Positions 39,649 through 48,496 of a DNA stretch of 64,000 nt are shown one piece after another; within the stretch, counting starts at the first letter, position 1; the number at the start of each line of letters is the position of its first letter. The stretch is from an uncultured Sulfolobales archaeon (lineage in GTDB: Archaea > Thermoproteota > Thermoprotei_A > Sulfolobales > NBVN01). A program made the position numbers and the translations under genes. The stretch spans positions 19,864-83,863 of the forward strand of contig CALIBI010000007.1 of NCBI GenBank assembly GCA_938045815.1. The letters are read 5' to 3'. Below the pieces are notes generated by a model. It worked only from the letters and a program-made list of their open reading frames with translations, was not told the DNA's origin and ran no database searches.

Positions 39649-40062
39649 GTGCGTAGGAGGAGAACACAAGTACTTAGGCATCTGATTCTAGCAGTCTTAG
39701 CTACTAACCCAAAACTTCATGGTTACGGTATCTACAAGAGGATAGTATATGTCACGCAGTCTGTGTGGAAGCCCTCGATCGGGACTCTCTACAGAACACT
39801 GAATGAAATGGTTAATGAAGGTCTCGTTAGAAGAGAGAGTAGCGATTATAGGAGATTAGAGTACGAAATAACTAGTACAGGTCTTGAGATCTTTGTTAAG
39901 GAAACACTACCCCACGCTACAAAAGCCGCAGGAATACTAACAGAGTTTCTGGAAGCTTACAGAGAAATACGTAAGAGAGGTAATCTTCCTGAACTACCTG
40001 GCGAGTTAGTAGAGAAGTTACACCGCCTACGTAAAGCGTTAGAAGAATTAGCGAGTAGCTAG
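39649..40062 (+). CDS. PadR-family transcription regulator
   Basis: 137 aa, GTG start. LILAVLATNPKLHGYGIYKRI...W.PSIGTLYRTLNEMVNEGLV. Confidence 0.78.
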   Translation: MRRRRTQVLRHLILAVLATNPKLHGYGIYKRIVYVTQSVWKPSIGTLYRTLNEMVNEGLVRRESSDYRRLEYEITSTGLEIFVKETLPHATKAAGILTEFLEAYREIRKRGNLPELPGELVEKLHRLRKALEELASS

Positions 40063-40099
40063 TCATTAAAAATAAAAATTAAGGTTAAGGATTTAGAAA

Positions 40100-41071
40100 T
40101 TAAAGCTCTAGCTCAATACCTATACCCTTACTTTTGGCGAGTCTATAAGCTAGTGCTGCAGCAGCTGCGTCCTGTATAGCTAGACCTACACTCTTAAATA
40201 ATGTTAACTCGTCACTTTCCCTACCTTTCCTGTATCCGGCGGAAACCTCCCCCAGCTCGGCTATGTCTTCCTGCTTAATTAAGCCTTTCTCAAGCGGTAT
40301 TCTTATGTCACCCGTCTCATCAAGCACTGCTTTTCTAGAATCAACTACTATTTTGCTAAACCTAGTTATTGCCTCATTATCTAGGGCTCTATAGTCTTTA
40401 GCGTGAGCACCTATGCTTATTACGTGCTGATCCCTACTCAACCACTTACCCAGAATCACGGGTTCCTTAGTAGTTGATGCTTCTATCACTATCTTAGACT
40501 TCTTAACTAGGTCTTCGCTTGACGCAGCCTCAATAACTCTGAAGCCCGCATTTTCCGCCCAAGCTCTGAACGTTTTCATTTGATCAGACCTTACATCGTA
40601 TATTACGACCTCATCAGACCTATACACGGAGGATACAAACCTTAACTGATACCTTGCTTGATAGCCAGTCCCTATAATGCCTATAGGACCTATGTCTTTG
40701 GGAGCTAAGTACTTAGCTGACACAGCGCTAGCAGCACCTGTCCTCAAAGCTGTTAGAACACCACCCTCCATAACCGCGAGAGGAGACCCGTTCAATCCAT
40801 CAAACAATGTTACCAAAGCTTGAATAGTCGGGAGACCTCTGCTAGGATTCTGAGGTATTAAGCTAACTACCTTCACACCAACCCCACAATCAGGTACGTA
40901 AGACTGCATAACACCCCACCAATTACCCTCAACCCACATAACGGTTCTCGGCGGTGTTACGGTCTCGTTCCTAGAATACTTTATGAACGCGTTCTCGATC
41001 TCAGGTATTAAGACTTCAGGTTTCAATAACTCTTCTAATTCCTTACTACCGAGGATAAGAATCTTGGGCAT
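40100..41071 (-). CDS. Ornithine cyclodeaminase/mu-crystallin family dehydrogenase
   Basis: 323 aa. Rossmann motif GIIGTGYQARYQL. Family includes archaeal alanine dehydrogenase. Confidence 0.78.
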   Translation of the reverse strand: MPKILILGSKELEELLKPEVLIPEIENAFIKYSRNETVTPPRTVMWVEGNWWGVMQSYVPDCGVGVKVVSLIPQNPSRGLPTIQALVTLFDGLNGSPLAVMEGGVLTALRTGAASAVSAKYLAPKDIGPIGIIGTGYQARYQLRFVSSVYRSDEVVIYDVRSDQMKTFRAWAENAGFRVIEAASSEDLVKKSKIVIEASTTKEPVILGKWLSRDQHVISIGAHAKDYRALDNEAITRFSKIVVDSRKAVLDETGDIRIPLEKGLIKQEDIAELGEVSAGYRKGRESDELTLFKSVGLAIQDAAAAALAYRLAKSKGIGIELEL

Positions 41072-41154
41072 TCTGTTAAATCCCTTTAAATTAACTTACT
41101 AGAATTATTTAAGCACAAACTAACAACTTTCCTGCAGCTCTACACTAACTAATG

Positions 41155-42207
41155 CTAGTAGTGCAGTATATTCAGTAACTTCCTAGGATTGGTTGGGTAA
41201 GCTTCTATTACCTTAATTAGAATGCCTGCATGGATTACGTTCTTTAATTTCCTGGATAGTTTTATGCTCGAATATATTACTTCACCTCTCTTTAAGGCGA
41301 GACCAGATAACACTAAATAATTGATTAGCTGGTCATCCTTGTAGGGTGCTTCAACCCATTTTACTACGCCTTCTCTACCCAGAGTCTCGTAAGGTAGTCT
41401 TGTTCTCTTAAATCTCTTTATGAGTCTCCTCCTATACTGGTATTTATCCTTGAATCTTGCTGGGCAGTAATGAATATTTACTGCGAGACCCTCTTCTAAC
41501 ACCCAGTGCATCGCCTGCAAGGCTGCTTCTCTCGAACCATGAACTGTGAGCCCGTCAGGATTCACTTTAAACCCTTTACTCAAGATTCCCGCATAATTAG
41601 ATTCACTAACCTCCATCTCGTTTAAGTTTATGAAACGAACACCAAGCCTGTACCCCTCCTCAATAAGGTCTCTTAATTTGCTGAAGTCCGGTATCGCCGG
41701 GTTCTCTATGCCTACATCAAAACTGTAATCTAACGCATACTTTAAAGCAATCCATGAGTGAGGTCCCGTCACGTGTATTCTCAGTTCATCAAGTCCTGCG
41801 TCACTCAACCTATCCAGGTGTTCTGTCCTGAGATTTCTCCCAGTAGTATACATGTGTGCGTGGAAATTCTTTCCTAAGATCTCCTTCAGAGTTCTTAGAA
41901 CCTCGATTACTTTATCTATAACGAGGAGAGGATCACCACCAGTTATGCCGACGCCTCTAGATCCAGAAGCCAGTACTTCTAAAACAATATCGTTCTTCTC
42001 ACTCACGGGAACCTCGTTAATATATGCGTTAGTCCTACCTCTCCTATAGCTCGATATAGGGCAATAGAAGCACTTCTCGTTACATACTCCGGTCACGAAA
42101 AATACGCTTTTTAAACCTTTAATACACAGATCACACCCTCTTGAGAGCTTGCCTATCCAGCAACCTAAGTCGTCACATTTACTTGTTTCCAGCACGTAAC
42201 TCATCAA
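41155..42207 (-). CDS. Radical SAM protein (COG2108-like, function unknown)
   Basis: 350 aa. CX3CX2C in GVCNEKCFYCP; GITGGDPL. Confidence 0.7.
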   Translation of the reverse strand: MMSYVLETSKCDDLGCWIGKLSRGCDLCIKGLKSVFFVTGVCNEKCFYCPISSYRRGRTNAYINEVPVSEKNDIVLEVLASGSRGVGITGGDPLLVIDKVIEVLRTLKEILGKNFHAHMYTTGRNLRTEHLDRLSDAGLDELRIHVTGPHSWIALKYALDYSFDVGIENPAIPDFSKLRDLIEEGYRLGVRFINLNEMEVSESNYAGILSKGFKVNPDGLTVHGSREAALQAMHWVLEEGLAVNIHYCPARFKDKYQYRRRLIKRFKRTRLPYETLGREGVVKWVEAPYKDDQLINYLVLSGLALKRGEVIYSSIKLSRKLKNVIHAGILIKVIEAYPTNPRKLLNILHY

Positions 42208-42233
42208 CTAGACCCTACAGCACGGGTTCTCCT

Positions 42234-44675
42234 CTAAATAACTAGGAAGATACCTTCAGCCAGCTTCACAGCACTAGCTACGTCGGTGGGAGCACCTATA
42301 ACGACTGACTTAATTTTATGGAGGTCCTTAATGTCGTGCGCTATCGCCTTATACTCTTCCGAGAGATACAACGTACCTTCTAGTGGTTCAGTAAACGATA
42401 TATTCTTTTCTTTCTTATACTTCCATATTGCTGAGTTAGCTGTTATTAGGTACTCTATTAGCTTCTCATCACCGCCTAAATCTCTTAAGTCTTCCTCAGT
42501 TATCGTAACTCTCCTTAACCCGTCACCAGAATACATATTCCTCCACAGATAATCCGTGACGAAAGGCATTACTGGATGTAGAGTCTTTAGTATGAGCTTG
42601 AAGACTCTGTGTAGAACGTACCTAGCGCCGTTCACGTACCTCATGTCGTAATCACCTAAACCGTAAGCTCTCAGCTTAACACTCTCAAGATAGTTTGAAG
42701 CGAAAACATCCCACGCTAGTGCGTATAACTCGTTTATCGGTCTGAAAACATCGAGTTCCTCATAGTGCTTGAGTACCTTCTTGATTACTGAGACAGCGTA
42801 CTTAAGCATAGCTCTATCTAGATCCTTTAAAACGGAATCTCTTAGAGGAGGTTCTTCAAAGAATGAGATAAATCTCCCTATATTGACTAACTTAGTTGCG
42901 AAAGCTAGCCCACTCCTAACTAAGTCCTCCGACCACCTGTAATCACTACCAAGCATGCCGGAGATCGCTGCCCAATACCTGAACGCGTCAGCACCGTACT
43001 TCTCGATATACGGCAATGGCGGGACGATATTGCCGAGAGACTTATGCATTGCCCTACCCTTAGGGTCTAAACCCATACCAGAAATCCTAACCCACCTAAA
43101 AGGAGGTTTGCCAGTAAGCAGCCAGACACGTAGTGTGGAGTAGTAGAGCCAGGTTCTTATTATGTCGTATCCCTGAGGTCTGAGCGAGTGATCCAGTGCT
43201 TTGAGAGCAGCTTCCTTATTTTCGAGCCATCTAGTCACGTACAAAACACTTATTGAAGAATCAAACCACGTATCGAAGGTTCTGGTCTCACCTACTAGTT
43301 CTTCTCTTGGAGCCCCGCAGTTAGGGCATTTCTCGTGGGGTGGCGGGTCTATCCAAGGTCTCACATACTCACCATACTTACCGAAAACTATGTGTCCGCA
43401 CTTCCTACATCTCCAGATAGGTATTTCAGTTCCGTAGAATCTAGTCCTAGAGATAGGCCAGTCCATCTTTAATGAAGTCACCCAACTATCAAACTTTACC
43501 TTATGCTCAACAGGTTTGAAGATCATCATGTTACCTATCCTTAGTACATCGTCCTTGAAATCTAGCTGCTTCAGAAAGAACTCTCTGACGTGAATATACT
43601 CTACCGGTGTTTTACACCTCCAGCAAACAGGAACCTCGTGCTTTAGGTCTTCCTCCCTGACCAGGAAATTATTCTTACGTAACTCCTCCACCATGACTTT
43701 CCTAGCCTCCCTAACGCTCAACCCCTTAAGAATCCCTGCATTCTCGTTCATGGTTCCGTCTAAATTGATAAGTATTCTGGGGGTAAGTCCCTGCTCCTTA
43801 AAGAACCAGATATCTCTGGTGTCTCCGTAAGAACACATCATCGCTAGCCCGGTCCCGAACTCAGGATTAGCGTAAGTGCTAGGCATCACAGGTATTACGT
43901 TATTATATAGGGGGATGATCGCGTGCTTTCCTTCAAGATACTTATACCTAGTATCATCGGGGTGAAAAATAACAGCACCACACCCGTTAAGTAATTCAGG
44001 TCGGGTAGTAGCTATCACTACATCTTCGTTAGTCTCGAGAACCCTAAACCTAATGTAGTATAACTTACCTTCCTCCTCCTTCATCTCTATTTCTGCTTCA
44101 GCAAGTGACGTCCTACATCTAGGGCACCACATTACTGGTCTCTCAGCTTCGTATATTAGGCCCTTACTCCATAAATCGATGAAGGTAGCTTGAGTTAGTC
44201 TCCTATACTTCGGGGAGTCTGTTCCGTCAGTCCAATACTGGAATGAGCACCCTAACCTCTTCCACACCTTAACTAAGGAAGCCTCATACTCATCTAAAAC
44301 CTCACTAACCAGCTTAAGAAACTTGAGCCTCCCTTCAGGAGTATTAGCTATCTCGTGTGCTGAAATCCCGTACCGTTTCTCTACCGTTACCTCACCAGGC
44401 AAGCCGTTCCTATCTGCGTAGAAAGGCAGCAGAACCTTATATCCAAGTAACCTCAACGCGCGAGCCACCATATCTATCTGGGCGTAGTGAGCTGCCTGAC
44501 CAACACCCCATTCTCCGGAGGGGTAGGGTGGTGGTGTGTCTATAACTACGTACTTATCCTCGCTTAGAAAATCTATTAAAGGCTCCTCAAATTTTTCTTC
44601 CTCCCACTTCCTGAGTAGTTCCTCCTCTAGAGAGGAACCCCACCTCTTAATTTTTATTTTCGGTTCTAGTACCAC
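42234..44675 (-). CDS. valS: Valyl-tRNA synthetase-like class Ia aaRS with degenerate HIGH and KMSKS signatures
   Basis: 813 aa. Archaeal ValRS-like blocks IDTPPPYPSG, TTRPELL, EFGTG..MCSYGD (editing), WPISRTRFYG, zinc knuckles. The HIGH position reads GVGQ and the KMSKS position reads AMHKS. Confidence 0.75.
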   Translation of the reverse strand: MVLEPKIKIKRWGSSLEEELLRKWEEEKFEEPLIDFLSEDKYVVIDTPPPYPSGEWGVGQAAHYAQIDMVARALRLLGYKVLLPFYADRNGLPGEVTVEKRYGISAHEIANTPEGRLKFLKLVSEVLDEYEASLVKVWKRLGCSFQYWTDGTDSPKYRRLTQATFIDLWSKGLIYEAERPVMWCPRCRTSLAEAEIEMKEEEGKLYYIRFRVLETNEDVVIATTRPELLNGCGAVIFHPDDTRYKYLEGKHAIIPLYNNVIPVMPSTYANPEFGTGLAMMCSYGDTRDIWFFKEQGLTPRILINLDGTMNENAGILKGLSVREARKVMVEELRKNNFLVREEDLKHEVPVCWRCKTPVEYIHVREFFLKQLDFKDDVLRIGNMMIFKPVEHKVKFDSWVTSLKMDWPISRTRFYGTEIPIWRCRKCGHIVFGKYGEYVRPWIDPPPHEKCPNCGAPREELVGETRTFDTWFDSSISVLYVTRWLENKEAALKALDHSLRPQGYDIIRTWLYYSTLRVWLLTGKPPFRWVRISGMGLDPKGRAMHKSLGNIVPPLPYIEKYGADAFRYWAAISGMLGSDYRWSEDLVRSGLAFATKLVNIGRFISFFEEPPLRDSVLKDLDRAMLKYAVSVIKKVLKHYEELDVFRPINELYALAWDVFASNYLESVKLRAYGLGDYDMRYVNGARYVLHRVFKLILKTLHPVMPFVTDYLWRNMYSGDGLRRVTITEEDLRDLGGDEKLIEYLITANSAIWKYKKEKNISFTEPLEGTLYLSEEYKAIAHDIKDLHKIKSVVIGAPTDVASAVKLAEGIFLVI

Positions 44676-44817
44676 TTAATCACCTATACCATTAACGAGC
44701 TAAGTTTATTAATTTATACTCTACTTACTCCTAACACTAGGTGCTTTATTTAGTTGAGAAGCTAGTACAGCGAGTGAAAACTTTATTTATGCTGATATAA
44801 TATTTATTGGGATAAAT

Positions 44818-45960
44818 ATGTCGATCAAAGTAGTGATGCTTGGTGCTGGGTACGTCACCGCACACCTAGCTACAGGCTTGGAAAGACTTAAGAAAGGACT
44901 TATCGAGCCTTACGGGATACCCTTAGCTAAGTACGCGCTCCCATATAGTTTGAGAGATATAGAGATAGTAGGGGTCTACGACGTCGATGAGAGTAAGGTT
45001 GGTAAGACTCTATATGACGTAGCTAAAGAAGTTATGGGTAGTGAGTACCCGGTCCCGGAAGAACTAAAAACAGTAATTATCAGGAGAGGAATAAGAAGAA
45101 AATCTACTGACGGGCTAGATATGCGAGCTAAGGGATTAGATGATCTGATGAGTTACGAGGATAGCTTAAAGACGTTATTGAATGAGTGGCTAGATTTAAG
45201 ACCTGACGTCATAGTTAACGTAATAACTACGGAGTATGGTGAGGAGTATCCCGATGAGTCAGTAGCTCTCGGCAAGATCTTGAGGGGGGATGTACCAGCC
45301 ACTCATTCTTACGCTTACGTAGCATCCATGTACGCTAAGATTAAGGGCGGTGTAGCTTTCGTTAACGCGATACCAACACCTGTAGCGAATAATCCCGGAC
45401 TACTCAAGCTTCTTGAGGAATCAGGCGTCGTAGTTTTCGGCGATGATGGAGCTACTGGAGCAACTCCATTAACAGCTGATTTAATAGAGCATTTAACAGA
45501 GAGAAACAGACTGATAGAATTCATAGTGCAGTTCAACATAGGAGGCAACACAGATTTCTACGCTCTAACAAGACAAGACAGAAACCACATGAAGGAACTT
45601 ACTAAAACTAGCATGATAAAAGATATTACGGGTTATGAAGTCCCTGCATTCATAAAACCCACAGGATACCTAGAACCCCTAGGAGATAAGAAATACGTCG
45701 CTATGCACATAGAGTACATAAGCTTTAACGGATTCAGAGATTCCATATACATAAACGCAAGAATAAATGACTCCCCAGCTCTAGCAGGAATCTTATGCGA
45801 CCTAATAAGACTAGGTAAGATATCCCTAGATAGAGGATGGAAAGGAACAATCTACGAGGTTAACGCTTTCTACATGAAAAAACCAGGACCTCAAGGAGCC
45901 CCCAACATAGCTAAAAACAAAGCATACGAACTACTACTCAGTAAGTTCGGATTAAAATGA
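44818..45960 (+). CDS. myo-Inositol-1-phosphate synthase, archaeal type
   Basis: 380 aa. N-terminal Rossmann MLGAGYV, NAIPTP...GDDGATGATP, NIGGNTDF. Confidence 0.78.
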   Translation: MSIKVVMLGAGYVTAHLATGLERLKKGLIEPYGIPLAKYALPYSLRDIEIVGVYDVDESKVGKTLYDVAKEVMGSEYPVPEELKTVIIRRGIRRKSTDGLDMRAKGLDDLMSYEDSLKTLLNEWLDLRPDVIVNVITTEYGEEYPDESVALGKILRGDVPATHSYAYVASMYAKIKGGVAFVNAIPTPVANNPGLLKLLEESGVVVFGDDGATGATPLTADLIEHLTERNRLIEFIVQFNIGGNTDFYALTRQDRNHMKELTKTSMIKDITGYEVPAFIKPTGYLEPLGDKKYVAMHIEYISFNGFRDSIYINARINDSPALAGILCDLIRLGKISLDRGWKGTIYEVNAFYMKKPGPQGAPNIAKNKAYELLLSKFGLK

Positions 45961-46078
45961 TAAACCCATATTTAGTAAAGCACCTGCTTACGTACTGAAA
46001 GCTATGCTTCTTTAAGCAGGGAGAACGTCAGTAACTAGAGCTTATTTAGTAGTCACGAAAATATTTCGGGATTCGTGA

Positions 46079-47005
46079 ATGAAGGGTGTTTTAGTAATTC
46101 ATTGTGGGGCTGGAACTTGGAGAGGTGTTGATGAGGAAACCATAAAGAAAGTGATAGTGGATACTCTAAGGAGAGGGATTGACGTATTAGTGGGTGGGGG
46201 TACAGCTTTAGACGCGGTTGTTGAGGCTACTATGTCGTTGGAGGATTCAGGGGTTTTGAATGCTGGTCTTGGTTCAGTGCCTGACTTAAGAGGTAATGTG
46301 TGGATGGATGCTGGTGTGATGGATGGTTGGAGCGGTCGCGCGGGAGCTGCTGCCGCGGTCACATATCCTAAAAACCCAGTACTCTTGGCTCGCAAGATTC
46401 TCGAATTAACAGATCATATTATGTTGGCTGGTAGCGCTGCTGACGAGTTAGCGATTAAATTAGGTCTTCCTAAACATCCAGGACCTTCCGAAAGAGTTAA
46501 GAAGCGTTATGAGGAAGTACTCAAGAAAGCGTCTTCAGGTGATGCGGTATTTAAGAAGAGTTTCGAGTTAGCTCAGAAATTAGGTTACTTCGATACTGTT
46601 GGTGCGGTTGCTTTAGATAATGAGGGTAAGCTAGCTGCAGCAGTATCTACTGGCGGCGTAATCTTGAAGTTCCCGGGACGTGTTGGTGACTCAGCAATCC
46701 CTGGCGCGGGATTCTACGCTAATAAGTACGGAGCTGCTGTAGCTACGGGGATAGGTGAGACAATAATGATGAGTATGTTATCGCTCAGAGCAGTAAACCT
46801 GATTAGTGAGGGGTATTTAGCTGATACTGCCGCTCGCTTAGCTATTCAGTACCATACGTCTCTGTACGGCAAAGATACTGCAGGACTCATAACACTCGAT
46901 TATAGAGGTAATGCGTACGGTGCTTACAACACGCAGGCGATGCCATGGGGTTACGCGAAAACAGAAACGAGAGAAGTCGTGATTTCAGGGCTTAAGAAAC
47001 CATAA
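46079..47005 (+). CDS. Isoaspartyl peptidase/L-asparaginase (Ntn hydrolase, plant type)
   Basis: 308 aa. IHCGAG, autoprocessing/nucleophile context FDTVGAVALD, GIGE. Confidence 0.85.
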   Translation: MKGVLVIHCGAGTWRGVDEETIKKVIVDTLRRGIDVLVGGGTALDAVVEATMSLEDSGVLNAGLGSVPDLRGNVWMDAGVMDGWSGRAGAAAAVTYPKNPVLLARKILELTDHIMLAGSAADELAIKLGLPKHPGPSERVKKRYEEVLKKASSGDAVFKKSFELAQKLGYFDTVGAVALDNEGKLAAAVSTGGVILKFPGRVGDSAIPGAGFYANKYGAAVATGIGETIMMSMLSLRAVNLISEGYLADTAARLAIQYHTSLYGKDTAGLITLDYRGNAYGAYNTQAMPWGYAKTETREVVISGLKKP

Positions 47006-47623
47006 ACTTTTTCGCGGCTTTCTAGTTCTTATTATTCTTAATGCCTCCTCACGTAGCTTAATGTCTGTGCTTAACTCACCTCTCGTTGTGAGAGTAACCA
47101 TACTTAAAGGTTCTTCTACCCCCCGTATTAGGGCGCACGTATGTATAGCTTCTATCATTACTAAGAGCCCCTCAGTTTTGAGTTTCTCGAACAAGTAGTC
47201 AGCTACTTCTTCTGTGAGTCTCTCCTGGAGCTGCAACCTCCTAGCAAAAACATCAACAACCCTAGCAAACTTACTTAACCCGAACACTTCATTGCTTGGA
47301 ACGTAAACTATGTAGGCATTCCCATAGAACGGTAGTAGGTGGTGTTCGCATATAGACCTAACAGGTATGTTTAGTATAGCAACGAGTCTGTTAGTACTTA
47401 TGTAGTTTGCTGAGTTAACGTAGAAATACTTCAGGTGCTCGTCCGGGTCTTTCCCGTACCCTGAAGCTAGCTCCCAGAGCCACATCCTAGCTACTCGTTC
47501 TGGTGTGTCCTTGAGTTCAGGTCTATCGGGATTATCACCGATGAGTTTTATAAAGTCTCTCACAACATTCTTGAGTTTCTCAAACCTATCACTTAAGTCT
47601 TCCTCACTCACCATACTCAGCAC
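46985..47623 (-). CDS. folE: GTP cyclohydrolase I (FolE type)
   Basis: 212 aa. CEHHLLPF motif. Convergent 21-nt overlap with the asparaginase gene. Confidence 0.85.
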   Translation of the reverse strand: MLSMVSEEDLSDRFEKLKNVVRDFIKLIGDNPDRPELKDTPERVARMWLWELASGYGKDPDEHLKYFYVNSANYISTNRLVAILNIPVRSICEHHLLPFYGNAYIVYVPSNEVFGLSKFARVVDVFARRLQLQERLTEEVADYLFEKLKTEGLLVMIEAIHTCALIRGVEEPLSMVTLTTRGELSTDIKLREEALRIIRTRKPRKSLWFLKP

Positions 47624-48332
47624 CTACCTCCGAAGTACGTAGCTTAAATTCGATCACTAAGTCAATTCCGAGACCACGTAACGTTTCCTTAATCTTATCG
47701 ACTTTCTTACTTAAGACTAATATATCGTCTTCAGGGTTAACCAAGACTATCGCAGCTCCTTGATAGTGCACGCCATCAACATTTCTTACACGTAGATTGC
47801 TCAGACTTAAAGCATTTTTTCTGAATTCCTCCTTAATGAGTCTCGTTACGTCTAGTGAGGGGGCTGCGTCACCAACATACTTCATGATCTCGGAAAAAAC
47901 TTCTCTTAACTCGTAGAAAATATATAACGCCAGAATTAAAGCACCAACATAGTCTATGAAGTAACTAAGTAGTGCGCCAGCAAGAGAGGAGGTAATGACT
48001 ACCACACCCTCTATTAATTCGCTGGCCGTAAACTTAGAGTAGTGTGTGAAGACCCCGTTTAACTTCCTGGAAACAGATACAGCAATCAAATAACACGAGA
48101 CTCCCAGGAAAGCCATCAAAGGAGCTTCTAGAGATACCGTATACGCTCTGAACTCGATTAACCTGAGTGTTATTATGCCGGCAACGAATGAGTAGATCAT
48201 TAAGGTGGATATAGAGCCCCCGAACGCTAGCTTGTAGTGGCCGAAGTGATGATCTTCGTCCGGGGGCTTAAGACTGCTTCTCCAGTATCTTATAGCTAGT
48301 AGTAAAGCTAGCAGGTTCGCTATAGAGGTCAT
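47604..48332 (-). CDS. Cation diffusion facilitator (CDF) family transporter, 5'-disrupted (possible pseudogene)
   Basis: 242 aa from ATG 48332. HFGHYK loop and C-terminal cytoplasmic domain present. TM1 is encoded upstream in frame (48446-48333) but has no start codon and follows an in-frame TAG. Confidence 0.6.
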   Translation of the reverse strand: MTSIANLLALLLAIRYWRSSLKPPDEDHHFGHYKLAFGGSISTLMIYSFVAGIITLRLIEFRAYTVSLEAPLMAFLGVSCYLIAVSVSRKLNGVFTHYSKFTASELIEGVVVITSSLAGALLSYFIDYVGALILALYIFYELREVFSEIMKYVGDAAPSLDVTRLIKEEFRKNALSLSNLRVRNVDGVHYQGAAIVLVNPEDDILVLSKKVDKIKETLRGLGIDLVIEFKLRTSEVGAEYGE

Positions 48333-48496
48333 AGCGTCAACGAAAACAGCTCTAGAACCGTAAAGAATACCTCCTAAGATCTTGAAGAGTCCTCCTAAAC
48401 TCGAGAAAAAGATGATTATTGTTAATGCGCTTCCAGTACCCAGTAGCTACCCACCCTTGAATAGAGAAACTAAAACACCTTTAAGCTTTTCACGAC

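Noticed and set aside
34142-46395. Track ORFs 34142-34366, 37316-37540, 41852-42049, 42286-42552, 42955-43143, 43201-43437, 44357-44545, 45315-45551 and 46099-46395
   Set aside because: All are antisense shadows of well-supported genes: FAD protein, KaiC-like, radical SAM, ValRS-like, MIPS and asparaginase.
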